Assembly (NCBI GenBank): GCA_013239625.1
Contig: MU054220.1
Coordinates: forward strand, 5,158,587-5,222,586
Source: Lama guanicoe
Taxonomy: Eukaryota
DNA: 64,000 bases
Reading direction: 5' to 3'
Made by a program: the position numbers and the translations under genes. Under the pieces are notes generated by a model. It searched no databases and was not told the origin of the DNA. It was given only the letters and a program-made list of their open reading frames with translations. Positions 39,128-52,618 of this stretch are shown piece by piece; position 1 is the first letter of the stretch; the number at the start of each line of letters is the position of its first letter.

Positions 39128-40629
39128 TGTCTTCCATTCTTGACCCTGTGTTGCCCTGGGGCTTTTGCCCTTCTCTCTTTTTCTGTCACAACTATATTTA
39201 TATATGTATATGTGTGTGTGTGTATATATATATATGTGTATATGAAATACACTTTTTCAAATAAATTTAAGAAATTTGCTATTTCCTCTTCACTTTCTAT
39301 TCTTTCCTTGCTTCATTTCAATTTTGGTTTATACCTCTACAGTCCTTCTAAAATTGCTCTCATTATTGTCATCAAATAAATTCCTTTTGGCTAAATCCAA
39401 TAGAAACATTTTGGCCTCTATTTTATTTGACTTTGCTGCATTGGTAAAGTCAAAGATTCTTACTCATTTGATATCTATATCTATCTATCTCTTGTCAGTC
39501 AGCTATTTATATCAAAGCTGTACTTGTACTTAGCTTAAAATCAAATGATGTGTGAGGCCTATATTGAAAAGGAGCAGTCTACATGTTACCATTCTTTATC
39601 TGCAAGCCACTGTCAATTGAAATTAGTACTTTGACTTTTAGCTATTTCATCAGTTTTTTTACATGTATATTTTAAAACAACAACCTCACGCAAATACAGT
39701 TTTTTCATTTTACATGTTATGTAATATTTTTTTAGTGTGGAAGATGGGGATTTAGTCTTTTACACCCTGTTTTGTTCTACACATACTTATTCCCTAACCT
39801 TCCCAATATTGTAATACTGTAATAATCAATTAAGCCTGTGTTTATTTCTTACATTATTATAATTATGTATGAATTTCCTATGATTGTATTTCCTTTCTTG
39901 GGCAATTTCTTGTTTTACCAGAGCTAATAATTGCCTTTGTTTTGCCTGGTTTTCTATTTGCCTGGTTTTTTTCCCCCAAATCGTGAATCAGACCTATAAA
40001 ATTCTTATTCAGGTGCTCAAATATTAGTTTCATTAATTTTCCTTGGGAGCATCCTTCCTAGAACCTCTGTCCTTTTGCTCTAATGTGGATCCTCAGTATG
40101 CTAGTACTTGGATGTCATCTTAGACTTTCTGCATTATTACCCTAGGAATTCTCTTCACTTCTCTCTTGTTTTCTATCTCCTCTTTCCTGGATCCTGTATT
40201 TTCCTCTTTCTTGGACTTCATTTTGCTGCAGCACATATTCTAGAAAGTTCCTGAGGAGTGCATAGAAGCTATTTTACTTACTCATGCTGGATTTATGATT
40301 TGGCTGGATAAAAAATTCTAGGTTGTAAATAATTTCTCTGAAGAATTCTGAAGAATTGCAGTGTTCTTGTCGGGAACACTAATGCCACTTTAATTCTGGA
40401 CTATTTACGTGTGATAAATACACTCCAGTTCTCTCTCTCTCCCTGTCTCTCTCTTTCTTCTCTCCCCATCTCCTGCCCCTTCTCACCCTACTTTCTCCTC
40501 ACACCTCTAAACCTCCTTTCCTATCCTGACTCTCAGATGATGACCCTGCTTCCTGTTTCCCTGGGAAAATGGAAGAAATTTAAAAAGAATGTATTCACTC
40601 TCTATCACTTTGAATAAGCTCGCTACATC

Positions 40630-42620
40630 TGTTCCTTTCTTTCTTCTCCTTCTGGTATTCCCATTATGCATATGTTACACCTTTTGTAATTATTCCACAG
40701 TTCTTGGATTTTCTGTTCTATCATTTTCATTCTTTTTTTCTCTTTGCATTTTAGGTTTGAAAGTTTCTATTAACCTTTTCAAACTCTCTGTTTCTTTCCT
40801 TAGCTGTGTCCAGTTCATTGATAAGCCTGTTAATGTAATTCTTCATTTCTGTGGCAGTGTTTTTGATTTCTAGCATTTTCTTTTGATTTTTTGTTTTTTC
40901 TCTTGATTCTTTTCTTAGGGTTCCATTTCTCTGTTTACATCGTCCATCTGTTCTTGCACATTTTCCACTTTTTCCCATTAGAGCCCTTAGCATATTAGTC
41001 ATAGTTGTTTTAAATTCTTGGTCTGATACTTTCAAAATCTCTGCAGTTTGATTCTGAGTTTGGTTCTGATGCTTGCTCCATCTCATCAAATCATGTTTTT
41101 GTCTTTTAGTATGACATGTAATTTTTTGTTGAAAGCTGGACATGTGTACTGGATAAAAGGAACTGAGGTGAATGGGCCTTTCATGTGAGGTTTTATGTTT
41201 ACTCTGGCTAGGAGTTAGACTGTGTTTACTGTGTGCTGTAGCTCCAGGCGTCACAGGTAAAATGTCCTCTGATGTTCTTGTTTTTGTCTCTCCTATTGTC
41301 TTTGAGTTTCCCTAGAACGTTCTTCCTAAGTGAGATCTGAGATGTGCAGTTCTTTTGTTTGTATTCCTGTTATTGTCCAGGAGCCCTGTCTCTGTTCCGC
41401 TGTGCCAGTAAGGTATAGGGGAAGGAGAAGTGTTCTATACTTTTGTGGTTAGGTCTGTCTTTTTTTGTTGTTGTTGTTTGAAAATAAGGTTTAATTTGCT
41501 TTGGAAACAACTGATTCATCATTGTTGTGGGGGGAAAAAACAGAACAAAAGATTCTGTAGTCTGTTTCTGATCTGGGGTGTGAGCATCAGCAGACAGTTC
41601 CTGAATGTCTGAGCCTGAGGTCAGCGTTCTTCCTGCTCTGGTGAAGGGCTGTCTGTGCTTCTGGTGTTCATGCTGCTTTCTTGTGCTGCTCTTTCATGTT
41701 CATCTCGTTCCTCCTCTCCTGGACTTGAAGATCACACACAGATCCCACAGCAGAACTCCATCCTTGTATTTTTTTTTTCACAAAATGGTTATTGGGTCTA
41801 CAAATCACCCATGATTTCCCAGCTGTTGCCAGCAGAAGATGTAAGCAGAGAAAAAAGAAGAAGAATGAAGAAGTGTTACCAGCATCCCAAGTCCGGGTGG
41901 GCTCCAGGCTCATGGGAGTCAGTGTGGAGAGGAGCCTGGTCAGTGATGGAGCAGAACCAGGGTAATGCCAACTGCAGGTGTTCTTAAGGAAACAGTTTTT
42001 CTGATATTAGGTCTGTCTTTTAGTGAGCTGTGTCCCTAGGCTGTGACCTTCACAAGTGCTTGTCAATTTTTTTTTCTCCCTTAAGTGAGACAGGAAGGAT
42101 TAGAGGGGGCTGGAGTTAAATATTTCCCGTCCCTCAAGTGGTTTAGGCTCTGGTAAAATAACGTCCCTTGAGAGAAAGCCTTGCTAAAAAAAGAATGTTT
42201 TGAGCATATTTCAGAATGGTTACTTTTCCCCTTCCACTGCCAGAAGCACAGAACCTAGTAGGGCTTCTGTAGGTAAAGCACATGAAGATGAGTGTAAATT
42301 TGGGCACTTCTAGAGTTTTAAACTCCCAGCCTTGTCCACACAGAGTCTCCAGTATTTCATCACTTACAGTTTAGGTTTTCCAATTCTGTTACTGGTTCCA
42401 GTGATTTCTGCTGTTGTGTTCTGCTCTGGTAAGCTGTGATTCTCTGTATCCACCTATCTGTCTCCCCAGTTCTGGGGATGGTGATTGACCCTCTGACCTC
42501 AGTTCTCTGAAGGGTCTAAGAAGAGTTGTTGGTTTTCAGTTTTTCCAGCTTTTTTCTTGTTGTGAGGATAGGGGTGATGACTTCCAAGTGCCTTACATGC
42601 TGACTGGGAACCAGAAGTGC
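40630..42620 (-). mobile_element. Old LINE-1 5' region (5'UTR and ORF1 N-terminus/coiled coil), interrupted by a retrocopy
   Basis: ORF 40751-41254 resembles L1 ORF1 (QKITCHTKRQ...SDQEFKTTMTNMLRALM...EIKNTATEMKN...LDTAKER). L1M-like 5' end near 42620. Confidence 0.8.
41464..42006 (-). pseudogene. Retrocopy of an unidentified polyadenylated transcript
   Basis: Perfect 15-bp TSD ttaggtctgtctttt at 41449-41463 and 42007-42021. Decayed poly(A) tail, seen as a T/(TTG)n run at ~41464-41479. ATTAAA signal on the minus strand at ~41490-41495. The interior is not a repeat I recognise. Confidence 0.8.
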
Positions 42621-43329
42621 CTGCATCTGTATCACAAACTCGGCCTTCCCTTCTGCTACTAAAAACTCTCTGTTCCTGAGGACAACCCTCCTCTTGTGCA
42701 TCACATCTCTTCCCCTTTCAACTATCATGGGATATCACTCTAGCAAGTGTCCCCACTCTCTCCTGCATCATAACATTTCCCTTTACCTTAGTCATTCACA
42801 TCAACGTTAAAAAATGCTGAAATAGTTCCTATCTTAATAAAACAACAAACATAACAAATGCACACAAACCCCATACCTTCACTTGACCACACATCTTAAT
42901 CCATCAGCCACCCTATTTATGTCCTCTCCTTCACCACAGAATTCTCTAAAAGACTTATCCAATGGTTACTGTCTCCAGTCCCTCCTCACCCAGGCTTTCA
43001 TCCATGGTGACCTCTGTGTTGTTATGTTCAATGCTCGGTTTTCATTCTTTATCTTACCTGACTTACCAGCAGCATTTTGTAAATGTTGATTTATATTTTC
43101 CTTGAAAAGCTGTCTCACTTTGCTTCTGAGAGCCCATACTTGGTTTTTCTCCTAACTCACCTTTGTTTCTTTCAGGTCTCATTTGCAGATTTCTCTTTAC
43201 CTTCCTAACCTTTAAATTCTGGAGTGCCCCAGGGTTCAGTCTTCAGATGTCTTCTTAATCTACAATTATTCCCCCATGATCTCATCAGGTCTTCTGGTTT
43301 TAAATATCCATTTATATGCTGATTATTTC

Positions 43330-45305
43330 TGTGTCAGACTAGATAGCTGCTCTTGGAACCAGTTCCTCTTCATCCAGGGGGCACAATTAGACTGCATTTC
43401 TAGCCTTCTTTACATTTAGATATAGCCATTTGACTGAGGTCCAGGCAAAGGAGTGTGAGAAGTGACCTGTACTATTTCCAGGGCTAGCTCATAAACATCT
43501 CCCATCCCGCTCTTCAAGCCTCTCTCCCCTTCTGCTGGCCGGATGCAGAGGACATCATTGATGGAGCCACAAAGGGAAAGACCATGGATCCCTGAATAAT
43601 CAGGTGAAAGCCTGCCTTTCAAGCAAGAACACTGGTTTGGACTTCGATTGTGTTAAGCCACTGAGAAATTTGGGATTTGGCTGGTACAATAGCATTACCG
43701 TAACTGAGAGAGAAGTTGGTGTCTGCAACAGTGTTGCCATAAGAGAAACCTGGAATATGTGACATTCCTTAAATCTCGGTTGTGTGGCAGGCAGCAAGGA
43801 AGCCGATGTCAGAGGCAGGAATGATGGTTTTTGTGTAATGAAAAGAAAAACATCTGGTTAAAACATTTCCTGTGATAAGTTGGGAGGCAGCCTGGGGAAA
43901 AGCGTTAGAAAGTAGTGTGTGGTAGTACATGTTGGTTGTTATTGGCTGTGTTTGATAAAGTGCTGAAAGATAAAGGTGAGCTCCAGAAAGAATCAGCTGG
44001 TTTACAAGCAGAATGAAAGACATAGAAAGATCCAGAAATTCATTTGGAAGAGCCAACTGCTATTTCTAGGTCCCAAATGGTAAGAGAAAATTTAAAAAGG
44101 CTTTCAGAGACAGAGACCCATCGTGATGGAGCTTGAAGCAGTGATCAGACTAAGGATATGACTTTTCTCCACAAGACTGTTTTCCCAGCTGGTTTCAGAT
44201 TGGCTGTTGTTTACTAGAGATGAAGAAGCAAGAGTCAAGGGAGCCAAGCCATTGGTCAGCATCAGCTTGAGAATTACATTGAGGAGGGAACTTTTGGCAC
44301 AGTAGCTGACAAGGGTACTGACAGCAAATAGAATTGCAGCCTATTAAGTTGTACTGCCAAGGAACTGTAAGCTCAGACTAAAAAGCTTGGGGTTATTCAA
44401 GCTTGAACAGCATCTTTGGGGCCTCAAAAATCACACCAGCAGACCATGGGCTGAGAATGTCGAGTAGCCACGTAGAAGGGCGTACTCTGGAGCACCCAGT
44501 TCAGATGTTGCCACAGAGGATAATGAGGAATCAGCACATCATCAAGGAATCTTCTCACCTGCAGGGAAGGGGTCTTCATTGTGCCCACCCAGCAGGAGTT
44601 CAGTGATTACCATGTTCTTCCTAGTTGTCCTTTTTTGAGTGAGAGGTTTAATTATTGTTATCTTGTTCCTGTTCCTCTAGTGAATATTGGCTATTGGTGT
44701 AGGGAAAAGCACTTACTGTTTTTGTCCTTAGATGGATGAATTATGAGGAGCCAGATCCAGATCCAAGGTGAGGACTGCATATACTTGCAGCTTCTGGATT
44801 AGAGTTGGATGTAGGGACCGAGTGGAACTTGAGGTCATATTCTTTGGGGAGAAATTATGTGTGTGTATATGTAGAATAAGGTAAAAATGGGTCTTTGGTC
44901 ATCAGGAGGGTTGCCTATAGCAAAGACCAGCAAGTAAAACTTACTTAACTCATGTCCTCTTCTTCCTGAGCACACAGCTAGACTGCCTGTCTCAGCCATC
45001 CTTGCAATTAAATGTAGCCATGTAAACATAAGTGGCCTGCATCCTTTCCTGACCTGGCCCCTAGAAACTTCCCTCGTAAGATTGTTCGTGTTTCCCCATC
45101 TTGTGACTGAATGGAGGGGGCTGTGAGACAGAGCAGAGCCACATGTGGAAGAAGCCTGGGTCCTTCAATATCCATGAGAAAAGTCATTCATCAAATTAGG
45201 AATACACATTTGTTTGGATTTCACATGTAAGAAATAAACTTCTATTTTGCAAAGCTACTGAAATTTTGGGGTTTCTCCGTTACAGCAGCCCTCATCATTC
45301 TAATG
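43330..45305 (+). mobile_element. Near-complete MaLR (MLT1J/I-like) element: LTR, internal region, LTR; inserted into an L2
   Basis: Two related LTRs at ~43330-43705 and ~44910-45305 (gcacaattagactgcatttctagcc vs gcacacagctagactgcctgtctcagcc) flank an internal region. L2 sequence resumes on both sides (catttatatgctgat | ctccaaattatatatacagccca). Confidence 0.65.
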
Positions 45306-46279
45306 CTACTCTCCAAATTATATATACAGCCCAGTCCTATCCCCCTGAACTACACTGTTGTATACCGAGTCCTTTCTGATATCTCCAGTGGATGTCGAAT
45401 AGATATCTCTAAATTGACACTTCCCAAATGTTATTCAAAACCTCATTTTTGCAGTCCTCCACAGTATCATAAGTGGCAGTTCTTTCTATTGGCTGTGCAG
45501 GCCAAAAAGCATAGTCATTCTCTCACATTCAACATCTAATCCATCCACGGGAACTATTAGGTTTACTTTCAAAATTTGAAGCCATCATGAATTTCTATGG
45601 CATATACTTTGGTTTTCTTTCCCCTTCATTTCCACATCTGAAAATAAATGGTTCAAAAATTGGTTCGTCTTTCTGGAGTTAGAAAGGTCTCCAGTACCAG
45701 CACTTAAGGATCAGGATAGTGAAGGAGCCTTTTTTTTTTTTTCCCTTGAAAACAATCTTTTATGTGGAAAGAAATGTTTTTGTAGGGCAGAAATTTTTAG
45801 CAGGGTCACTTTGAGATGATTGCATTCACTTTTGAACATTTGCCAGGTGTCCACTTTTTCTCCCTTTGTCGTTTTATAGGACCTTAAACCCCAAACTCTT
45901 GTATTCTTTCCCTTCAAATCAATTTCTCTCAATATTCTTAATAGCTGTCTCGCCCAATTAAAGTAAAATTGAAAGCCCTAAATTGTTCCTGGATTTGCTG
46001 CCTCTCAGTTCTTTAACCTCACCTTTTCCCACTCTCTCCACTTCTGATTATTCTCTTCTGACTACGCTGGCTTCTACGCTGTACACCAGGAATACCAAGA
46101 ACACTTCCATCTCAGGGCCTTTGCACTTGTTCTTATCTTTGTTTGGTATCTCTTTACATCCACAAAACTCACTCCCAAACTTCCTTCTGATGTGCCATCT
46201 TGTCACTTTATGAATAAATTCTGTACATAATAGGCCCCCAATTAATGTTTGCTTAATAATTGAATAAACAGATGACCTA

Positions 46280-47480
46280 TTTTTGTCTCTTTGGATTTTT
46301 TAAGGATCTCTTCTGATATTCTGAAATTTCACAATGATGTACCTTTCTGTGGTGATTCTTTATCTTTTGTGCTGGGTGTTTGTTGGACCTTCTCATTCTG
46401 GAAACTTATGTCCTTCAGTTCTGAAAGTTTTCTTGCATAATTTCATTGGTAATCTCTTTTGTGTCTCCCTAGTTCTCTGTGTCTGGAAGTTTTTGCATTT
46501 TTGTTTGTTTTCCCACTGTCAGGGAGACTGCATTTACTTCATCTTCTAATCCTGTCAAATACATCTTAAAATTTCTGCTATCATGCATACCATTTTCAGT
46601 CCCCATTTGTTTTATTAATTAAAAAGTACATATTGTTTTTGCATTACAGGTGCAATATCTTTTCATCTTTTGAGGATACTAATTATATCTTTTAAAAAGT
46701 TCACCAAATTGCTTCTGTTTTCCCCAAGACCCCCATTTAAAAATATTATTTAGACTCTGTTTTTCACGTTAGGTGCTTCCTTCAAATGTGATCATTGTCT
46801 GCACATTCCAATTATGGAAAAGTGTTTGGAAGTGCTTGGAAGTTTTTGTGACTAGCAGAACTTCAATGAAGGCTGATAAGGTGACCTCCTTCCCTGGTCC
46901 ATCTTTAATTATCAGGTTATATAATTCTTTTCTCCTGCACATGTCAGATTCCCACAGAAGAAGAGTCCTCTGTCTCCTGCCTGAGATGTGGAGGGTATGT
47001 GTACGGGACGGAGGTGAGAAGGGCTGCCGGCATTCTGGGAGCCAGCGAGAAGAGCAAGGTAGGAGTCTCGAGGTTCAATATTAGAGTTCTGCTAATGTGT
47101 CCTCTTTGCAATGACATTCCTGCTGTCCCTTAGACCAGAACCTCTCTTGTTCAACTTCTCTAAGGGTTAAAAGGCCAATCTTGGGTTGTCATGGGGCAGG
47201 ACAGTCACCAGCTCCTAACTCTTCTTTATACAAATTTTCAAATTATCTTTCCATTTAAGCCCAAACATACATAGAGCTGCAAAGGTACTTGCTCTCTAGT
47301 TCTTGTTCATGCTATAGAAATAGAATTTTTTCTACTCCAGAACTCTTATAAACCTCTATTTTAATTTTTCTTCCAGTCGGCTAAATCAGTGACACTTGCC
47401 TTAACAATTTTCAAAACTGTCAATATGCCCAATCTGCTGGTATTTCCTATTTTGTATTTTTGTGCATTTCTAAGTTAAAA
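46280..47480 (-). mobile_element. Old L1M fragment
   Basis: ttctgaaatttcacaatgatgtacct...tggaaacttatgtccttcagttctg, paralleling the sequence at ~6140-6250. Confidence 0.5.
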
Positions 47481-47649
47481 ATATTTTTATGGTCCTTTTT
47501 TTGTGGGTTTTTTTTTGAGAGAAAAGTTGTAAGTATATATATTGAATTTGCTTTGTTTTTCCACAAACCCATTCTTATTCCTGAAACTCTGAACCTCCCT
47601 GGCTTATATTCTGTCACTCTCCCCTTATTATATTCCTCTAGCTCTGTCT

Positions 47650-48820
47650 GTTCCTCCTCTCTGCGTTTCATGGGCTGCTCTTATCCCCTTAAACAGTGGT
47701 CTTTCCCAGCCCTCCCTCACTAGTTATGCTCCTATTCTTGTGTTACACATTTTAGTAAAGGGCCTCTATATTGTCTCATGGTTTTAATAACTCCTGTAGG
47801 CAAATAACTCACATGCTCCTGTCTCCTGACCTGATCTCGTCCTCTAGTTCCATATTCCAATAACCAGTTATCGTCTGGACATACCCTCTGAGTTGTCCTG
47901 TAGCATCTTCTAAAGCACGGTATTCTCAAAACAGAACACGGTATCTTTTCTCCTCCTCACACCAACTCCTTCTATATTTGCATCCATAGTCACAGAAGTC
48001 ATGGATGCGGGACTGATCTTAACCTCCTACTTCTTTTTCACTCCATAGATCCAGATAATCACCAAATCCTGCCAGTTTTTCCTCCCACATATTTTCTTGA
48101 ATCCATCTCCTCTCTTTATCTCCATGATGACCACCTGCATAACTTCCTTTCTGCTCCATTGCCACAGCCTCCTAACTGGCAGCTGCTTCTGTCTTTTCCC
48201 TTTTAAATTCATCCTCTGCTCAGGTACCAGAATGACCTGTACAAAGCATAAATCTCATCATACAGCTCCCCTGCTAAAACCCCTTCAACTGTTCCCCAGC
48301 ATGGAATAAAATCTGTGTTCCTTGGCGTGGTATACAAGGCCTTCTGTGACCTGGGCCTAGCTTGTCTCTCTTGCTTCATCTCATTTCACTCCTGGCCTCA
48401 CATGCTCACTTTTGTGGTACAGAACTGCCTGTTTCTTCCTCTTCCCCTTAGTTTTTTGCTCTTGCACCTTTGCTCCTGTGATTTCCTCTGCCCTATTCCT
48501 TTTTTCCACCATATGACAAAAAAGGATCTTATCCATCCTTCAAGGTATAACTCATCATGTTTTTTCTTCTTGAGGAAGCAGCTTCTAATTTCTCTGTTTT
48601 TTGTGAAGTGTCCCTTCTCTGTGCTCCTATATATCCACCTGTGCACACCACCATCCTAGCATTTGACACATAGATGTATATGTCACTGAAAAATTATGTA
48701 TGTGTATAATTTGTTTTAGTGAGCCTGGTACACTGCAAGGTCCCCCAGAGAAGGAATTCTCCCATGCTTTTGGTGTCTTGCACATAGTTGGTGTTCGATA
48801 ACTAGACATTGAATAGAAAT
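47650..48820. mobile_element. L2 LINE fragment
   Basis: atcaccaaatcctgccagtttt...atctcatcatacagctcccctgctaaaaccctt...tacaaggccttctgtgacctgg. Confidence 0.65.
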
Positions 48821-51800
48821 GAACCTGCTTATAAATTACTTCTTAGTGACTTGGAATCAGCAAAAGCTCAGAACTGATGAAGAGTGTGGAAAGAAGTCAT
48901 TGTCATTACAATTATGACGGGAGCAGATTGTGAGACAAAAGTGATTATTTGGCCTCTGTTTCTCTTGCTAATTTGAGTGTTTCATGTGGTAAATGTCGGG
49001 GAAGGGTGTTTCCTGATCTGGAGGTAATGGATGGCAGAGTAGAGAGAAAGTCAGAAACAGTTCTCATTCCAAGTTGATAAGTTGAGCGTGCAAGGAAAAG
49101 CTGGTTATGACTTGGGTCATCGCTATGGGTTAACACATTAGATTTTATACTGTCAAGTGATCTAAAAAGGGTTAATGAAAGGTGGGTCCTATAAGAGCCT
49201 GGCAAGTGGGAGTGGACTGGTGGAGAGGCAGGCAGGTTGAAATAAATGAAAAGTGACATCTACTTTACCTTCCTCACATATCAAAGTTCTCCTGGTCTGT
49301 TCCCAGATGTCTCTGGGTCATATCCAGTTTGCAGATGGCAGTGGACATCCTAATGTTGCGTGTAGACTCTTTAAGACAAGCTCTTATAAATAGCTCGCAT
49401 ACCCTGGGAGGTGTGCCAAAACACATTTCCATGATAACTGCAGAGATGCTTGCTAAAAAGCAAACAGCGCATTAGTGGCCTTCTGAGTTCTTGTGCAAAT
49501 GGAGTGTGAAATTGTGGCTTGATGCTCCAAAGCTATACCTTTTTGTCTCCCTGATGGTGATTAAGAGAACTCCGGCTTGATTTGATTGGGAGGGTATAAG
49601 TGGGTGGAGGTGAGGGGAGTCAGATGGGCAGCGAAAGAAGAATGACTAGTGAAAGGGAGGGAGAGGAATACACACACCCCCTTCAACTTGGTGCTTCATT
49701 TGACCTTCAGGAAATTGGAATAGAGATCACATGACTTAATGTTTGCCTGGAAATTAACTGCCTCTGTTTGTTCCAGGCCCTGGGATTGATGAGAGAGCCA
49801 GGGGATTCTGACTATAGAATTATAATAAAGGGAAATGTCTCAAGTAATTATTAAATATTTAAAGAACCATCTCAACACTAACCTGTCAGATGAAATGAAT
49901 GAAATTGAAATGATTTTTAAACATTATTTCCAATGGAATGCATAGAAATTCAGGGATGAAAATTACTCTGTGCCATAAAGAAAATACTTTCAGTTTGTTT
50001 TTGTAACATGGTATTTCTGCATCACCTTTCATCCCAAATGTTAATTAAGGAATGGAATGCCCAGGAGGTGGATCAAATGAGGAATCCAAAGGAAAAGGAC
50101 ATGGTCAAGGTTTTTTCTTTTTCCTTTGCAGTATTATTAAAGGTGTGCAGAGGACAAGGGGACGTTAATCCCCAGTGCAGTTGAGATATTCTCTATTAGA
50201 ATAAAGGGAAATAAGATTTTTGTTTACAGTTTCTTTTCTTTTCTAGATGGGACAATGTGAGATGAATAGATGGTAAAATAAAATTATTCATCAGAGATGC
50301 CAGAGTTTTTCTTCACTGGATATATAGTGAATATTGTGGATTATCTACCCAATCCTCATTCCCTCTTTCTTTTGATCAAAGCCCTGCCTTTGTTCAAGGA
50401 TCCACCTCTGGCATGACTTTTAGTTGACTACCCAATATCAAATTTTACTTACTCATAGTAATGATTGTGAGAAGTGAAAATGCCCAGCTATTTTTCTGCC
50501 TCCCTTTTTCAGCCTCCTTTTTAAAATGTACTTTCAGCCTGCTTTTAAAAAAATTGAAATATATTTGATATATAATATGCTGTATGCTTAAGGTATACAA
50601 TATGTTGATTTGATACACTTATATACTGTAATATGATTGTCATTGTAGTGATAGTTAGTACCTCTATCAGGTCACATAATTATCATTTTTTCTGTTATGG
50701 GAATAAAGATTTAGTCTCTTAGCCAGTTTGATGATTATAATACAAAATTGTTGTTTATATCACTATATATGCATTAGAACTCCAAGACTTACTTGTCTAC
50801 TACTTGCAAGTTTGTCCCCTTAGACAATATCTCTCCTATTCCTCCACTGTCGAGCTCCTGGTAAACACCATTTTACTCTGTTTTTATGAGTTTGAATTTT
50901 TTAGATTTCACGTATAAGTGATGTCATACAGTATTTGTCTTCCTCTGTTTGACTTACCTCACTTAGCATAATGTTCTCAAAGTCCATCCATGTTGTTGTA
51001 AATGGCAGGATTTCCTTCCTTCTCACGGCTGAGTAATATTCCAGTGTGTGTGTGCGCACGCGTGCATGTGTGTATCTCACATCTTTATCCATACTTCTGT
51101 TGAGAGGCACTTAGGATGTTTTCTTGGCTGTTGTGAATCATGCTGTCATAAACATGGGAGTACATATTTCCCTTTGATATCCTGTTTCCATTTCCTTTGG
51201 TTATATACCCAGAAGTAGAATTGCTGGATCACATGGTAGTTCTATTTTTTTTTGTGTGTGTGAAATCTCCATGTTGTTTCTATAGTGGCTGAGCCAGTTT
51301 ACATTCCCACCAACAGTGCACAAGTTTCCCTTTTCTACAAATCCTCACCAACACTTAGCTCTTGTCCTCTTGATGATAGCCATTCTAACAGAAGTAAGGT
51401 GCTATCTCATGGTTTTGCTTTGTGTTTCCCTCATGATTAGTGATGTTGAGTACCTTTTCATGAACCTGTTGGCCATTTGGATGTCTTTTTTGAAGAAATG
51501 TCTATTTAGTTCCTCTGCCTATTTTTTAATTGCAGTGTTTATTTTTTTCATAATGAGTTGTATGTGTTCTTATAAATTTTTGAATATGAATCCCTTATCT
51601 GATACATGGTGTGCAAATATTTCCTCCCGTTCTGTAGGTTGCCATTTTATTTTGTTGATTGTTTCCTTTACTGTGCAGAAGCTTTTAAGTTTGATGTAGG
51701 CCCTTTTGTTGATTTTTGCTTTTGTTGTTTGTGCTTTTGGTGTCATATCCAAAAAATCATTGCCAGTGTTGAGGGGCTTCTTCCTTATTTTTTTTCTAGG

Positions 51801-51866
51801 ATTTTTTTTTTTTTGGTATAAGGTCTTCTGTTTAATTCTTTGATCCATTTCAAGTTCATTTTTGTA

Positions 51867-52036
51867 GGGGGAAGGATATAGCTCAAGTGGTAGAGTGCTT
51901 GCTTAGCATACAGTGAGGTCCTGGGTTCAATCCCTAGTGCCTCCTCTAAAAATAAATAAACCTAGTTACCTCCCTCCAGCAAAATAATTAAAAATAATAC
52001 AATAATAAATATAACATAAAGATCTTAAAAAAAAAA
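51867..52036 (+). mobile_element. tRNA-Ala(AGC)-derived SINE, resembling the camelid Vic-1 family
   Basis: ggggaaggatatagctcaagtggtagagtgcttgcttagcat...cctgggttcaatccc carries Pol III A and B boxes and a TTAGCAT anticodon loop. AT-rich tail ending in A10; TSD catttttgt at 51857-51865 and 52043-52051. Confidence 0.85.
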
Positions 52037-52618
52037 GATAGACATTTTTGTGAGTGGTGTGAGATAAGGTTCCAATTTCATGTTTTCTACATGTGTTTAT
52101 CCAGTTTTCTCAACATGAGTTTTTGAAGAGACAGCTTTCCCCACTGGGTGTTCTTGGCTGTCTAGTCAAATATTAGTTGACCGAATATGCCAGTGTTTAA
52201 TTCTGGGTTGTTTATTCTGTTTCATTGAGGTATGTTTTTAATGCCAGTACCACACTGTTTTAATCATTATAGCTTTGTAGTATAGTTTGAAATCAGGAAG
52301 TGTGGTGTCTCTGGCTTTGTTCTTTCACAGGATTGCTTTGATTATTTAGGGTCTTTTGCGGTTTTATACAGATTTTAGTTTTTTTCTATTTTTATGAAGC
52401 ACACCATTGGAATTTTGATAGGGATTGCATTGAATCTGCAGATGGCTTTGTGTAGTATGGACATTTTAACAATATTAATTCTTCCAGTACATAAACATAG
52501 AAGTCTTTCCATTTGTTTGTGTCTTCTTCAGTTTTTTTCATTGAAGTCTTGTAGTTTTCATTGTGTAGAGCTTTCATGTCCTTGGTTAAATTTGTTCTTA
52601 GATATTTTATTGTTTTTT

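Noticed and set aside
51867..51945. Functional tRNA-Ala gene
   Set aside because: The acceptor stem is disrupted, and it has a SINE tail, poly(A) and TSD inside an L1.
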